Shown here piece by piece: positions 12,642 through 27,920 of a DNA stretch of 64,000 bases; the first letter of the stretch is position 1, and each line of letters starts with the position of its first letter. Under the pieces are notes generated by a model. It searched no databases and was not told where the DNA came from. It was given only the letters and a program-made list of their open reading frames with translations. Both the position numbers and the translations under genes were made by a program. The stretch covers positions 168,826,001-168,890,000 of the forward strand of contig NC_042999.1 of the NCBI RefSeq assembly GCF_006345805.1, read 5' to 3'. This stretch comes from Octopus sinensis. Its lineage: Eukaryota.

Positions 12642-12786
12642 ATATTAAATTAGAGATAAAACCACTATTAGGCAAATCAAACAGTGAAAAACATAAGCCA
12701 ATACATAAAATTAATTTAAAAATATAAAAGTTAAACATTAAAAAATTATTTAAATAATTAAACTTATAAATTTTAAGTATATATAT

Positions 12787-12830
<44 letters not shown>

Positions 12831-13215
12831 ATTATATATATATATTAATATATATATATATTTGTATCTATATATTTAAAATTTATAAGTTTAAATTATT
12901 TAAATAATTTAAACTTATAAATTTTAAGTATATATATACAAATATATATATATATATATTTGTATCTATATATTTAAAATTTATAAGTTTAAATTATTTA
13001 AATAATTTAAACTTATAAATTTTAAGTATATATATACAAATATATATATATATATATATATATTTGTATCTATATATTTAAAATTTATAAGTTTAAATTA
13101 TTTAAATATTTTTTTAATTTTTAACTTTTATATTTTTAAATTATTTTATGTATTGGCTTATGTTTTTCACTGTTTGATTTGCCTAATAGTGGTTTTATCT
13201 CTAATTTAATATAAT
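12642..13215. repeat. Nested palindromic array
   Basis: Outer arms ~12642-12790 and ~13043-13215 are inverted. Inside are two tandem ~82 bp palindromic units centred on attatttaaataat, separated by (TA)n. Confidence 0.85.
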
Positions 13216-13296
13216 ATAATATAATATACTATAAAATTGGATTTAATCCTAAATCTAATTTTTCCCTGTAAGTTTGGATTTATTCCCTAATATTAT

Positions 13297-13333
<37 letters not shown>

Positions 13334-13570
13334 AAATGAGAAAATGGAGAAACATACTTAAATCAATGAATCATCAACCATCAGATAATACCCAATCAAT
13401 ACTTTATTACACCATTACATAACAGCAAAGACATTATACATAATATATTGTAAATATAACTAGACATGGAAATAGAAATATAAAATACAATTACATCTTA
13501 TGTCAAATGTTCTCGAGACCAACCAAAGATAAAACTCCGAGTTTTGGATGTATATATATATATATATAAT

Positions 13571-14612
<1,042 letters not shown>

Positions 14613-14616
14613 CTAT

Positions 14617-14648
<32 letters not shown>

Positions 14649-14771
14649 CATCCAAAACTCGGAGTTTTATCTTTGGTTGGTCTCGAGAACATTTGACATC
14701 TAAGGCGATTTGACATCTATCTCTAGATTATAGGAATCCACTTTAGTGGTCATTGCTCTTAGTAATTGTAA

Positions 14772-16110
14772 TCCCTCTATATATAAAACTGAGAATGTGT
14801 GTCTGTCTGTCTGTGTGTTTCCCTAAAACTTGAGAACTACACAACCAATTTCATTCAAATTTTACACATGCCTTACTTAGGGTCCATGTAGTGTCATCGG
14901 CAAAAAAAATGTTCAACTTCTTGCCTAGAGCGAGCCCATAGCAATATCATATCTTTTCCACTATTTCAGTATTACGTGTTAAAAGTGAAACAAAAACATT
15001 TCACTATTTTTTGTCAGATGCTTTCACTTTAACAATAAAAATAATAATAACAATTGAATTATATGTAGCAAGTAATAAGTAAAATTAAACTAAAGTATAA
15101 TATAATCGTAACATAACAAAAGTAAAAATAGCAATTGGTATAAAATTGCATCAATGACTTGAACTTGAATAAGTGGTTTCACATGAATGGGAATAAATTA
15201 TAAATAAAATTAGTGTGCAGAAATGGAATAGTCCAGATGGATAATAAAAAATTAAATTAAAGAAAAGACTATTGTCTATAAAGTATACAATGTAGAGAAA
15301 AAAGAAGATTTGAACACCTGGAGGAAAGCACCTTCGAAAAGTGTCTTGGTGCGACTATGAAAGATATCTAACCAGAGGCGGTAAATTCGCCACAATAGAA
15401 GCAAGGCTGGAGTCAACGGAGCGTGCAAAGGAGTACTCGACTCGAACTTGCAAAATATTTTAATTTTACCTTTATATCTGGTACGTAGGACGTCCCGGAT
15501 AAAAATTTAACCCCCCCCCCCCCAGAAGTAGAGGTAGGCTGAATTGTAGCCACACTTCTATACAAGAGAGAGGACAAGATACAATTGATCGAAATTACAA
15601 GAGACGGGCTAACAATTCCAGTCTGTTATATGTTTTAAGTATTGTTATCACTAGTAATATCAAGATATAACTGTATTTTATATTTTATGTGTAGATGTAT
15701 ATGTATAGATTTACATGTAATATGTACACATATATATACAGATATGGAGGCGCAATGGCCCAGTGGTTAGGGCAGCGGACTCGCGGTCGTAGGATTGCGG
15801 TTTCGATTCCCAGACCGGGCGTTGTGTGTGTTTATTGAGCGAAAACACCTAAAAGCTCCACGACGCTCCGGCAGGGGGTGGTGATCCATGCTGTACTCTT
15901 TCACCACTCTTTCTCTCACTCTTTCTTCTGTTGGCCTGCTCGCTTAGCCAGCGGGGTGGCATCATTCGAAGACTAAAACAATGCGAACGCATTGTGACCA
16001 GCGATATGTAACAACATCTGAAGGTCTGGTCTGTCACGTGATCACGTGATATATACACATATATTCATGCACTAGCACTATGACCCAGCAACGACGGGTC
16101 ATAATGCTAG
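14772..16110 (+). mobile_element. Non-autonomous Helitron family A (short copy, interrupted by a SINE)
   Basis: A|TC..TATATATAAAACTG start. 3' hairpin tgaccc..gggtca then CTAG|T. Homologous to 28369-30127. Confidence 0.9.
15746..16050 (+). mobile_element. tRNA-derived SINE family 2 with RTE-like 3' tail
   Basis: A-box TGGCCCAGTGG, B-box GTTTCGATTCC. Tail tgtgaccagcg..ctggtc.gtca.gtgatca.gtgat resembles the RTE end at 35499-35560. Confidence 0.85.
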
Positions 16111-16257
16111 TATACTTTTTAAATCTTCGGATTTTTTTTAATATGCTAGACCTCTGGTTTAAATTGATGCCAATTGATTGATATCAATTTCTATCATTAT
16201 TTTAATCATATATATATATATAATTATTTATATATTTCCACGTCCCTGCGCATACAA

Positions 16258-16329
<72 letters not shown>

Positions 16330-16709
16330 AAAATGCCTGAATTGGTGTCCAAGCGCGGGGTTGACCCACTGGCAGTGAGAAGAGTAGGGGAACTCTAAGA
16401 GAAAACCTGCGACACTGACAATATTCGATGATATAGACTTGTTCTTCTTTAAGAGTATATGTTGTCCATGTTCAGAGAGTGGGATTGGATTTGTGCAAAT
16501 TCTTTCCCCACTAAAAACAAATCAACAAGCACAGGCATCACTTGATAAGACCGATCGCAGAAATGACTGGCCGCAGCTTTCGCATGTGTGGGACTTTCGA
16601 TCAGGCGAGGGCAATACTCGAACACGAATTTGCAGCCATCATGTATATATATATATGTATATATAATAAATGCGAAAACTAATTTCTATGTGTCAGTGTG
16701 TCACACTTA

Positions 16710-17562
16710 GAAGCTTCCAAGTATGGTGTTTTCCGTAACTGTATCTGAAATGTGCGTGAGGAAGTCTATGTCATCCCTTATGTAACTTGGTATCAGTGGA
16801 CATAAAGGTTTGAGGAGTACATCTATGAAGTGGCTTAATTGCTGTGTTGGCGCCTGGGGCCCTGCCACCATTGGTCTCATTGTGAATTCTGCGGGCCTTT
16901 GTATTCTTATATATTGGTTCCTCTGTTCGATGTCACAAACTTATACACGAACTTACCACACACCCTGGGTCTGGAGGCGATGAAAAATATAGGGAACTCA
17001 TAGAGAAACGTTTCAAAACAGACTTTATCACCAAAGCCACCCAATTAATACTTGAAGAAAACACATTCTCATTTAACAACAAGACATGCCGACAGATAGA
17101 GGGCACGGCTATGGGTACAAAATTCGCACCTTCATATACCAACATGGTGATGGGTTTCCTTGAGAACAAACTATACGATGAAATAAGGAAAGTCTTTGAA
17201 CACGACTTCAGAGAAGACATCAAGAAAAAGTGGAAACGCTACCTCGATGACTGCTTCATCTTTTGGAACAGATCAGAAGACCTACGAACATTCCACAACA
17301 TCTCCAACACGCTGCACCCATCTATCAACTTCACAATAGATACCAGCCACAACGAACTTCCCTTCCTGGAGATCACCATCAAGATACACAATCATCACAA
17401 CAGACATCCACTACAAAAAAACTGACACACACCAATATTTAAATTTCTACTCCTACCACCCATCTCACATAAAAAGAAACATCCCATATAGTATGGCATG
17501 ACGCATATGCAACATAGTAACCAATTCACAAACACGCCAAATAAGACTAAATGAACTTAAAA
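16710..17562 (+). mobile_element. Penelope-like RT fragment with an inverted 5' segment
   Basis: Forward: FDVTNLYT, GTAMGTKFAPSY, KRYLDD, LPFLEI, HPSHIKRNIPY. 16710-16934 carries the immediately upstream RT part (RPMVAG..LKP..SYIRD..ILGSF) on the minus strand. Confidence 0.9.
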
Positions 17563-17564
17563 AC

Positions 17565-18489
17565 TGTTCGAAGGTGGTTTGCAATATTTAAAGCCGGGGT
17601 GTTTAACTTAAAAGATGACAGTCATGGTGGAAGACCTTCAAAATAGGATGATGTTTTGAAAATAAAAATCGAAGAAAACTCAAATATCATGACTTGCAGA
17701 GGAGTTGGAGGTTTCTAAAAGTACGGCTCATGCACACCTAGTGAAGCTAGGATACATTTCTATAATGTATGGGTCCCTCACAAATTCTCAGAAAAGAATT
17801 GCTTGAACCGGCATTCCGTTTGTGATATGCTTTTAAAACGGACTGAAAGCATGCCTTTTTTTAAACAACTTGTAACTGGAGATGAAAAATGGATTGTTTT
17901 CGAAAACGTAGTGCGAAAAAGATCCTGGAGTTTGCATAAGGATACACTATGCCAAAAAAAGCTATGCTTTGTGTTTGGTAGGATCATAAAGGCATTATTT
18001 ATTATTAGCTTCTCCCACAAAACCAAATCATTAATTCTGATGTATACTGTCGTCAGCTGGCTAATTTGACCCCCAGAAATCAAAGAATTGAGGCCAGACA
18101 TTGCCAACAGGAAAGGAGTAGTGTTCCAACAAGACAATGCCCGACCACATGTAGGTTTGGCTACCCAAACAAAGTTACATGAACTTGGCTGGGATCTCTT
18201 ACCCGACCCACCTTATTCTCCTGATATTCCGCCATCCGACTACCACTTGTTTTTATCTCTACAGAACTCATTGCAAGGAAAAACATTTAACGATTTAGAT
18301 GGAGTCAAAATGCATGTAGATAATCTTTTTCCTTCAAAACCAGTCAAATTTTATGCTGATGGAATATTTAAATTGCCTGATAGATGGGCAAAGGTCATTA
18401 ATAAACTGAATAAAATTTATTGACAGGTCAATTATTTATATATCTTTTTACATATTAAAAAAACATTCAGAACTTTCCGGACAACCTAA
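17565..18489 (+). mobile_element. mariner (DD34D) transposon, 5'-truncated pseudogene with 3' TIR
   Basis: WVPH, VTGDEKW, FQQDNARPH, PYSPDIPPSDYHLF. Frameshifts. Terminus actttccggacaacctaa. Confidence 0.9.
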
Positions 18490-18514
18490 TGTGTGTGTGT
18501 GTGTGTGTGTAAAT

Positions 18515-18712
18515 ATCTTTTATCTTTTACTTGTTTCAGTCATTTGACTACGGCCATGCTGGGGTACTGCCTTGAAGGGTTTCAGTCGAACACATCGACC
18601 CGAGGACTTATTTTTTTAAAAACCTGATACTTATTTTATCGATCTTTTACGGAGACATAAACACATTAACAGCAGTTGTCAAGCGGTGGGGAGGGGACAA
18701 ACACACAGACAC
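18515..18712 (-). mobile_element. SINE family 1, 3' half
   Basis: Reverse complement of the 38735-38935 type tail. Confidence 0.8.
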
Positions 18713-18734
18713 ATATTTATGTACATATACGACG

Positions 18735-19284
18735 TATGTGTATATATATATACACACACATACATACAAACAAATATACATACATGCATGCATACATACA
18801 TACATACATACATACATACATACATACATACATAAATACATACATACATACATACGTACATACATACATACATACATACGCACATACATGCATACATACA
18901 TACGTACAAACATACATACATACAAACAAACATACATACATACATACATACATACACACATACATGCATACATACATACATGCAAACATACATACACACA
19001 TACATACATACATACATTCATACATACATACATACATACATACATACATACATACATACAATCATACGTATATACATACACACATACATACATACATACA
19101 TACATACATACATACATACATACACACATACATGCATACATACATACATACATACATACACACATACATACATACATACATACACACATACATGCATACA
19201 TACATACATACATACATACATACATACACACATACATGCATACATACATACATACATACAAACATACATACATACATACATTCA

Positions 19285-19318
<34 letters not shown>

Positions 19319-20765
19319 CATACATACATACACACACATACATACATACATACACACATACATGCATACATACATACATACATACATACATACATTCATA
19401 CATACATACATACATTCATACATACATACATACATACATACATTCATACATACATTCATACATACATACATACATACATTCATACATACATACATACATT
19501 CATACATACATACATACATACATACATTCATACATACATACATACATACATACATTACATACATACTACATACACACATACATACATACATACACACATA
19601 CATGCATACATACATACATACATTCATAGATACGTACATACGTACATACATACATACATACAATACATACATACATAATACATACATTCATACATACATA
19701 CATACATACATACATTCATACATACACTACATACATACATACATACATACTACATACATACATACATTACATACATACATACATACTACATACATACATA
19801 CATACATACAAAATACATACATACATACATACATACATCATTCATACATACATACATACATTCATACATACATACATACATACATACATTCATACATACA
19901 TTCATACATACATACATACATACATACACACATACATACATACATACATACACACATACATTCATACATACATACATACATACATACATTCATACATACG
20001 TACATACGTACATACATACATACATACATACATACATTCATACATACATACATACATACATACATACATACACACACACATACATACATACATACATACA
20101 CACATACATGCATACATACATACATACATACATTCATACATACATACATACATTCATACATACATACATACATACATACATACATACATACATACATACA
20201 TACATACATACATACATACATACATACATACACACATACATGCATACATACATACATACATACATTCATACATACATACATACAAACAAATATACATACA
20301 TGCATGCATACATACATACATACATACATACATACATACATACATACATACATACATACATACATACATACATACATACATACATACATACATTCATACA
20401 TACATACATACATTCATAGATACGTACATACGTACATACATACATACATACATTCATACATACGTACATACGTACATACATACATACATACATACATACA
20501 TACATACATACATACATACATTCATACATACATACATACATACATACATACATACATACATACATACATACATACACACATACATGCATACATACATACA
20601 TACATACATACATACATACATACATTCATACATACATACATACATACATACACACACACACATACATACATACATACATACATACATACATACACACATA
20701 CATACATACATACATACATACATACATACATACATACATACATACATACATACATACATACATAC
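18735..20765. repeat. ~2 kb imperfect (TACA)n microsatellite
   Basis: Read directly. Source of the spurious HTYI/MYVC ORFs. Confidence 0.98.
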
Positions 20766-21743
20766 AGTGGTGCTGGAGCATAGAAGGAACCTAGTTTCAA
20801 TGTGGTTAGACTACAAGAAAGTTTTTGACTTTTCCCCACTCATGGACGCTAGAAGCCCTTCAACTTACTAAAGTTCAATGAGCATAGTCAAAGCCATAGC
20901 TGACTTGACTTCATCGTGGGCCACAATCTTGAACTTAAATACAAGGAGTGATTTTATTACAACTGATAAAATACAGTATCGCAGAAACATATTCCAAGGG
21001 GACAGCCGCATTTTGATGTTGTTTGTACTTTCTGTAAACCCCTTGTCATTCATGTTAGGGAAGTCTGAAGGATATCTTACTGGTTGACAAGGAAACAGGA
21101 ATGCCAAAATTACACACTGTTTCTTTGTGAATGGCTTGAAACTATATGCAAAGAATATACACGAGATGAAAATGTGCCTTGACCTAGTTACAACATTCTC
21201 AAAGGATAAATGTTGCTATATGGTTGTGAAAAGAGGGAAAACTGTAAACCAGACTAGCAGCATCTCTATCAATGCCTTGACTGTTTCCCCTACATCCGAT
21301 GAGGAATGTTACAAGTATTTAGGAGTGGATGAAAACATATCTTACAATAGCAGAAGACCAAGAAAGCTCGAAGATGATAGTAACATTGATCATCAAAACA
21401 GTATATCATGGACTAACAACCGGATTACTACTTCCCATTTTGAAGAGTATGCGTTTGCAATCCGGGAGCAGGAAATATCAACCAAATACCTGATGCAGAA
21501 AAGGGACAGAGACGCAGGAAAAACAGTTCCATCACTGGAACTGTAAAAATGTGTAAAACTTTCCAGAAGTTTATCATTTAAGTATATATGAGCATGTCTA
21601 GAATTGCAAGTATGTGCATGAGAAGACATTCATAAAACAAAACATACAAATCTGCACGTATACATACATACATACATACATACATACATACATACATACA
21701 TACATACATACATACATACATACATACATACATACATACTACA

Positions 21744-21774
<31 letters not shown>

Positions 21775-21975
21775 GATCATCAAAGCAGTCTATCATGGAC
21801 CAGCAACCGGATCACTACTTCCCATTTTGAAGGGTATGCGTTTGCAATCCGGGAGCAGGAAATATCAACCAAATACCTGATGCACAAAAGAGACAGAGGC
21901 TCAGGAAAAACAGTTCCATCACTGGAACTGTAAAAATCTGTAAAACTTTCCAGAAGTTAATCATTTAAGTATATA
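20766..21975 (+). mobile_element. R4/Dong-like RLE LINE fragments (internally deleted; 3' part present twice)
   Basis: MWLDYKKVFD, RRNIFQGDS, LKLYAK, YKYLGV, YAFAIREQEISTKY. 21388-21589 is repeated at 21775-21975 after a (TACA)n tract. Confidence 0.75.
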
Positions 21976-22499
21976 TATATATAACTTAAGGCGAAGGCCT
22001 CATGGAGCTAATAAGCGGACAGCTTTATTCTTATTTTTATAAGAATGCCATATTAGTATGGCGATAACTATTATTTTCCGGGAACGCTGCCGCTGTTCTC
22101 TTTTAGAGAGACTTAGTAATTTTAATATTTCTATTATATATATATATATATTGTTAAATGAGGAAAAGAAAATGAGGAGTATTTCTGCATATAGGTCTGC
22201 ATATAACACCTCTATGTACATCTTTTTCTCTGATGAAATTATGCTCATGTCACAAAAATTCAAATTTAATGTACAAATTTGTAATTAAATTATTGAGTTT
22301 TAATAGAAATGGTTGCACATATACTCGCGTGGTCATGCACAAGGGGTGATGTACAAGGGTATGCGAGTAGACAGGTATGGAAAGTGTTGAGGATTGGTGA
22401 TTTGCGGTGCTGTTCATGGGAGTTGATTTGTGACGGTGACCTTGGTGCAGGCGGTGCTAGGGTAGCAGTTACTTAGGAGATATATCCGGCATGTCGGCG

Positions 22500-22920
22500 A
22501 CCAGTGGTTCGAAATTTACCTAAAGGGTGTATCTCTGGTGACAGTAATACGATACCTCATATTTCTTGTTGATAGATACTGCGGGTTAGTAAATGATATG
22601 CAGTTTTTTCGCAGAGGCACAGCTGGTAATTAGGGGCGTCTGATGAACATGGTGGTGTCCTGTCGACAATAGTCCACTTGATGCCAGGTATTTTGTCCCT
22701 GAGGCCACGAAGTCTCAACAGAAAGCGTGACAGGGAGCTGAAGTTCTATGTACATGGATTTAAATGAATGCATGTGCTGGTAGTATCTTCTCTTGAAGTC
22801 ATTGGTTGTCTTGCCCGTATAGTGCCAAGTGTTGCCATCGGATGGTGTAAGAGTGATTCTGAATACTACATCCCTTGAGAGGCAGATGGTAGGGTTTCGG
22901 GAGTTGCAGGTTTGGATTGG
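22500..22920 (-). mobile_element. Penelope-like GIY-YIG fragment
   Basis: TCNS..CLSRDVVFR..YTGKTTNDFKRRYYQHMHSF..KWTIV..LCLCEK. Confidence 0.75.
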
Positions 22921-22949
22921 TGCGTGCGTTTATACGTCTGTTGATGCGT

Positions 22950-24272
22950 GAACCAGAGACACACGACTACACGAACTAAAGGATACACTTATCAGCAGGA
23001 ACTACCCACCATCATTAATTGATATAGGCTTTCAACGAACCCCGCAACTCAACATCCACGAACTCAAACACCCCAAACTAAAGAAGTATTTACAATAAAA
23101 AGCTCTACTATACATATCCACGCACAACCCCCTCAACAATGAGGCCTTCGACACCATCCTTCAGAACATCCCTTTACTAAAAAGGGACCATAGAGTGGAT
23201 CAAATCCTCCAAACACACTCCATCAGAAAGAACAAAAGACAACGTAAGTCAATGAAAAGTCTTCTAACACAGGCCCAAGTACACTCGTCAACAACATCGA
23301 AACTGACAATAAAAAATTGCGGAAAACCTGTGATGTATGTGTCAACCTAATTGAGGGAGCGGAATTTTCTTTCAAACAGGGTGAACGTTTCACAGTGAAA
23401 AGCAACTTCATATGTGCTTCGGAAAACCTTGTGTATGTATTAACTTGCTCGGGGTGTCACGAACAATATATTGGTCAAACTAAAAACAGTTTACGTCAGG
23501 GGATGACGGAACATACATCCCAAATTAAAATACGAGAATACAGAAAAATAGGATTAAGCAAGCACATCGATATCTGCGCCACTAACGAACAACGCAACTT
23601 CAGAATTTTTCTCCTCTATAAATTTAGGGACAATGCAATTATAGTCAGTGTATCAGCAAAGAAGCATACTTTATCACAAAATATAAACATTTTTTGAATT
23701 CTGCAACCACAGATGGAACTACAACAAGAATTCAGAACTTTCCCACCACAACATGCCACGTTTAGGTCATTTGACCATAGAAGAAGATTCCACAAACAAT
23801 TTACTGTGGCACAGCACTCCTATATTTTTATATTCTTTTCTTTCTCCTTTTCCCTCTTCTTTCACCACTTCTCTTCCTCCTTCATCTTCTCCTCCTCCTT
23901 CTTCTACTTCTTTTTCTTCTTCTTTTTCTTCTTCTTCTTTTTCTCCTCCCTCGGATGCTCCTGCTTAAGCCTTCAACTGTCTGTACCCAAACTATTCCTT
24001 CAAATTTACTACCTACCAGGCATTCACAAAGGAATAGAGAAAGAGAGGGACAGATAGACAGACATACAAACAGACTGCTTGAAAACTATGGAAATATTTG
24101 CCTATTCAAACACTAAGAAAATATCTACAAAACATTTCACTTAATTTTTTCTCCAATTTAATTGCTTTTCTTATTTTACTCTTAGTTGAAAATAGTCTAA
24201 AATGACGGAAACCGGTACTAAAATGGATTTCAGAAAAAAATATTTTAGCATTTTCTCACTTGTCTTAATTTC
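22950..24272 (+). mobile_element. Penelope-like element 3' part (Cys-rich linker + GIY-YIG + pLTR)
   Basis: CASENLVYVLTCSGCHEQYIGQTKNSLRQ..H. HHR relic at 24182-24221: UUAG-UUGAAAA-..GUC/GAC..GAAA-CCGG-UA-CUAA. Confidence 0.85.
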
Positions 24273-24287
24273 CTAATAAATATATAT

Positions 24288-24431
<144 letters not shown>

Positions 24432-25466
24432 TATATATATATTATATATTATATATATATATATACATGGTATATGTGATATATACACATATATCATATA
24501 TACATATATATGCATATATACATATGTACACATATATATACACATATATCATATATAATGCATACATATATATGTATGCATATATGTACATACATATCTA
24601 TATATATATGTATATATGCAGGTTTAACTTTTTTATCGTGTGATATATTAAATCTATAGATATTATACATGGATATTAATATAACGAGTTTAAATAATGG
24701 ATTTGAGTGTATTTGTACTATTTCAAATTTTTTATTGTATTTTTCATGAATGGAATCGATTGAGTTGATTAATTAGACGCTTATCATTTTAAAATCTAGA
24801 TAGATTAACAGAATCGTTGATCTTAGTAATTTAGTTTGCTTATCAATATTAGTTAGTTCTTGCTATTATTTTGACTTTGATCGTTGTTATTATTGTTCTT
24901 GTTATTGACTGGTTTGGTAGAGGACTGGTGATTGTGATTGTACATCTTCATAGTGTATTGTTCTTTGGTTCTAATATTTTTGCACCTTTCTTTAATTTGG
25001 GGTTGATAGGTTTCTTACTTTCCATTAACATATTATTCTCGCTATTATATTTTTTTATACATTTTTATATATATTGATAGATATTACTTACGATAGATAT
25101 TAATTATTATATATATATCTCTCTCTCTTTTTTTCTTTATTTATTTAATATATTATATATATATATATATAGGTGGCTTATGTATTTGTAATACTAAATT
25201 TAAGTTAATTAGGTTTTATATTATTTGATATTTAGTCAAATTTGTTATAGATTGTTATATTAAATCTATTGATTCTACATATATATATTTATTATATGGT
25301 TAGCTTATTTAAGGAGTTTGTCTATATTTGAACCATTTCTTATTTTGATTACAATTTAATGACTTGTACTAGCTTTGTGTATTTTATTTCATTTTAAAGT
25401 ATTTAATTATTTAAGTATTATTTTATTTTTCACTTATGTATATTTAGGATTTTCATATACATATAT

Positions 25467-25601
<135 letters not shown>

Positions 25602-25747
25602 GTGAAATAGAAAGATGAATAATCTTGTAGTAGATTAATCAAAAGTTTAACCGATACCTTAGTAGCAAAAATCACAGCAGTAAACAGCACTGTTGGAGGT
25701 ACAACCATATGGTGTTGCAACCGTGCGTTGGTGCGGATAATTGAAAT

Positions 25748-25969
25748 TAAAACATTATTGGTGAATTGAAGAAATGGAGCTGAACGCAGATTGAACAGAA
25801 ATCGTTTTATTTCATTCTACACGTGTTTCGAAAGGCACAAAATTTTGGGGATTTTGGGAATCGAATTCAATCGGATTTTGGTAATTTGTGCCTTTCGAAA
25901 CACGTGTAGAATGAAATAAAACGATTTCTGTTCAATCTGCGTTCAGCTCCATTTCTTCAATTCACCAAT

Positions 25970-25978
<9 letters not shown>
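25748..25978. repeat. Apparently perfect fold-back inverted repeat (~94 bp arms); each arm carries an HHR 3' half
   Basis: 25748-25841 versus 25885-25978. GAAAC-ACGT-GTA at 25897-25908. Confidence 0.9.
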
Positions 25979-26049
<71 letters not shown>

Positions 26050-26092
26050 GTATGTTTATTAATTAATTATTTTATTGTTCTATTTTATTTTT

Positions 26093-26166
26093 AACCTGAT
26101 TTATATCGAAGTGATTTCTCTACTACTATAATCATTTCTTAAATATAGCCGCGAAACACGTGTCGT
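26093..26166 (+). ncRNA. Hammerhead relic (5' core partly deleted)
   Basis: AAC-CUGA[deleted]..AUAUAGCCGC-GAAA-C(ACGU)G-UC-GUU. Resembles 50523-50636. Confidence 0.5.
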
Positions 26167-26323
26167 TTTCTACCTAATATATACGTTTTTATTAATATTT
26201 TTGCAATTACTTAATCTTTACATTTTATTGTTATTTTAATTTTAATTTTTCTATTATATGTAATTTTCTAGATGGTGTAATTTAATTGTTCATTTTGAAT
26301 TGATAAAAGGTGTTTTTTTTCTA

Positions 26324-26383
<60 letters not shown>

Positions 26384-26783
26384 GTGTGTGTATATATATA
26401 TACATACATACATTTACATGTGCTTGTATATATACGCATAATACATGCATACAAATATATGTGTGTGTATGCATGTATATATGTAATGTGATATAATAGT
26501 TTCACTATGTATATATTATATACATAGTGAAATTTTTCATAGGGAAACTATTATCTCACATTACAATAGAGATGTTATTGTCTCACTTTTGGCACGTAAT
26601 ACCGAAATCGTCTAAGAGATTGATCCGAGCTCTCATTAGGCAAGAAGCTGAACGTTGTTTGGTTCATGACACTCCATGGACTCTAAGTAGTGTATGTGCA
26701 AAATTTGATTGAAATCGGTTGGATAGTTCTCGAGTTTTAGTGATGCACACATACAGACAGACATTCTCAGTTATATATATATG

Positions 26784-26838
<55 letters not shown>

Positions 26839-26854
26839 ATTATATATATATATA

Positions 26855-27020
26855 CACGACGGACTTCTTTCGCTTTCCGTCTACCAAATCACCTTACAAG
26901 GCTTTGGTCAGCCCGAGGCTACAGTAGAAATCACTTGCTTAAGTTGCCACGCGGTGGGACTGAACCCCAATCATGTGGTTGGGAAGGAAACTTCTTACCA
27001 CATAGCCACACCTGCTCCTA
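26855..27020 (-). mobile_element. SINE family 1, 5' half
   Basis: Homologous to 38488-38652. Confidence 0.85.
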
Positions 27021-27395
27021 ATATATGCAAGCGCGCGCACAAACACACATGCACGCACACACTCACATATGTATATATACATACAATATTAAGGATTCTG
27101 GAAAGAATCAGGTACTCAAATGATATGCACCAGGTTGGGTTGAATTAACCTGTAAGCACCACCTTTGGTCGAATAAATATACTGGGTACTGAAGTACATC
27201 CAGTAAAATATTCAAAATATGCAGAGAATTTAACCCTTACGAATATTTAACGCCTAGGAGCTAGTCCAAAGCGCACGTTGTGTTGATCACACGGCTTTTG
27301 GTATACTCTAGACTGTTGGACGGGTCATGAATCCCTTTTAGGGTTAATCTAAATCAAATAAATAAATAAACAAGAGACGATGGATAAATGTCCGT

Positions 27396-27479
27396 TCATT
27401 TATAGCTATTTCTAGCGCATTTTGATAGATGAATTGCGATTTTAATAGATCATTGCAAAAAACCGTTTTCATCAGATGA
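27396..27479 (-). ncRNA. Degenerate hammerhead
   Basis: UCAU-CUGAUGA..GAAA-U(AGCU)A-UA-AAUGA. Stem II weak. Confidence 0.4.
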
Positions 27480-27624
27480 TAGATATAATTTCAAAACAAT
27501 ACAACAATTCATGAACGCAGTGGGAACTCACCTAGCCGCCAGCCGAAGCTGGTCTTGAATGAGATAAACAAACATAGGTAATAATGACCGTTAAAGGAGT
27601 GGAAATACATTAAGATTTTAATTA

Positions 27625-27920
27625 GCGATTTTACACATGCCTTTTACACATGCCTAGCGATTTACACATGTCTTACTTAGGGTCCATGTAGTTTCATGGG
27701 CCAAAAAAATGTTCAACTTCTTGCCTAGAGTGAGCCCATAGCAATATCATATCTTATCCACTATTTCAGTATTACGTGTTAAAAATGAAACAAAAACATT
27801 TCGCTATTTTATGTTAGATACTTTCACTTTAACAATAAAAATTAGAGATAATAATAACAATTGAATTATATGTAGTAAGTAATAATTAAAATCAAACTAA
27901 AGTATAATATAATAATTAAA
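27625..27920 (+). mobile_element. Helitron family A internal fragment
   Basis: Near-identical to 28610-28868. Confidence 0.8.

Noticed and set aside
15746-15820. Functional tRNA gene (also 10966-11045 and 38488-38560)
   Set aside because: Acceptor stems do not pair and the sequences continue into SINE bodies.
18647-20871. Long ORFs up to 681 aa (HTYI/MYVC repeats)
   Set aside because: Stop-free translations of (TACA)n, not genes.
22225-22320. Hammerhead at ctgatgaaatt..tagaaatgg
   Set aside because: Stem III, cleavage triplet and stem I are not recoverable. At most a relic.
17540-22990. Single PLE split by 5.4 kb of nested insertions
   Set aside because: Both fragments contain the same segment with different sequence (TRQIRLNELK versus TRDTRLHELK), so they are separate copies.
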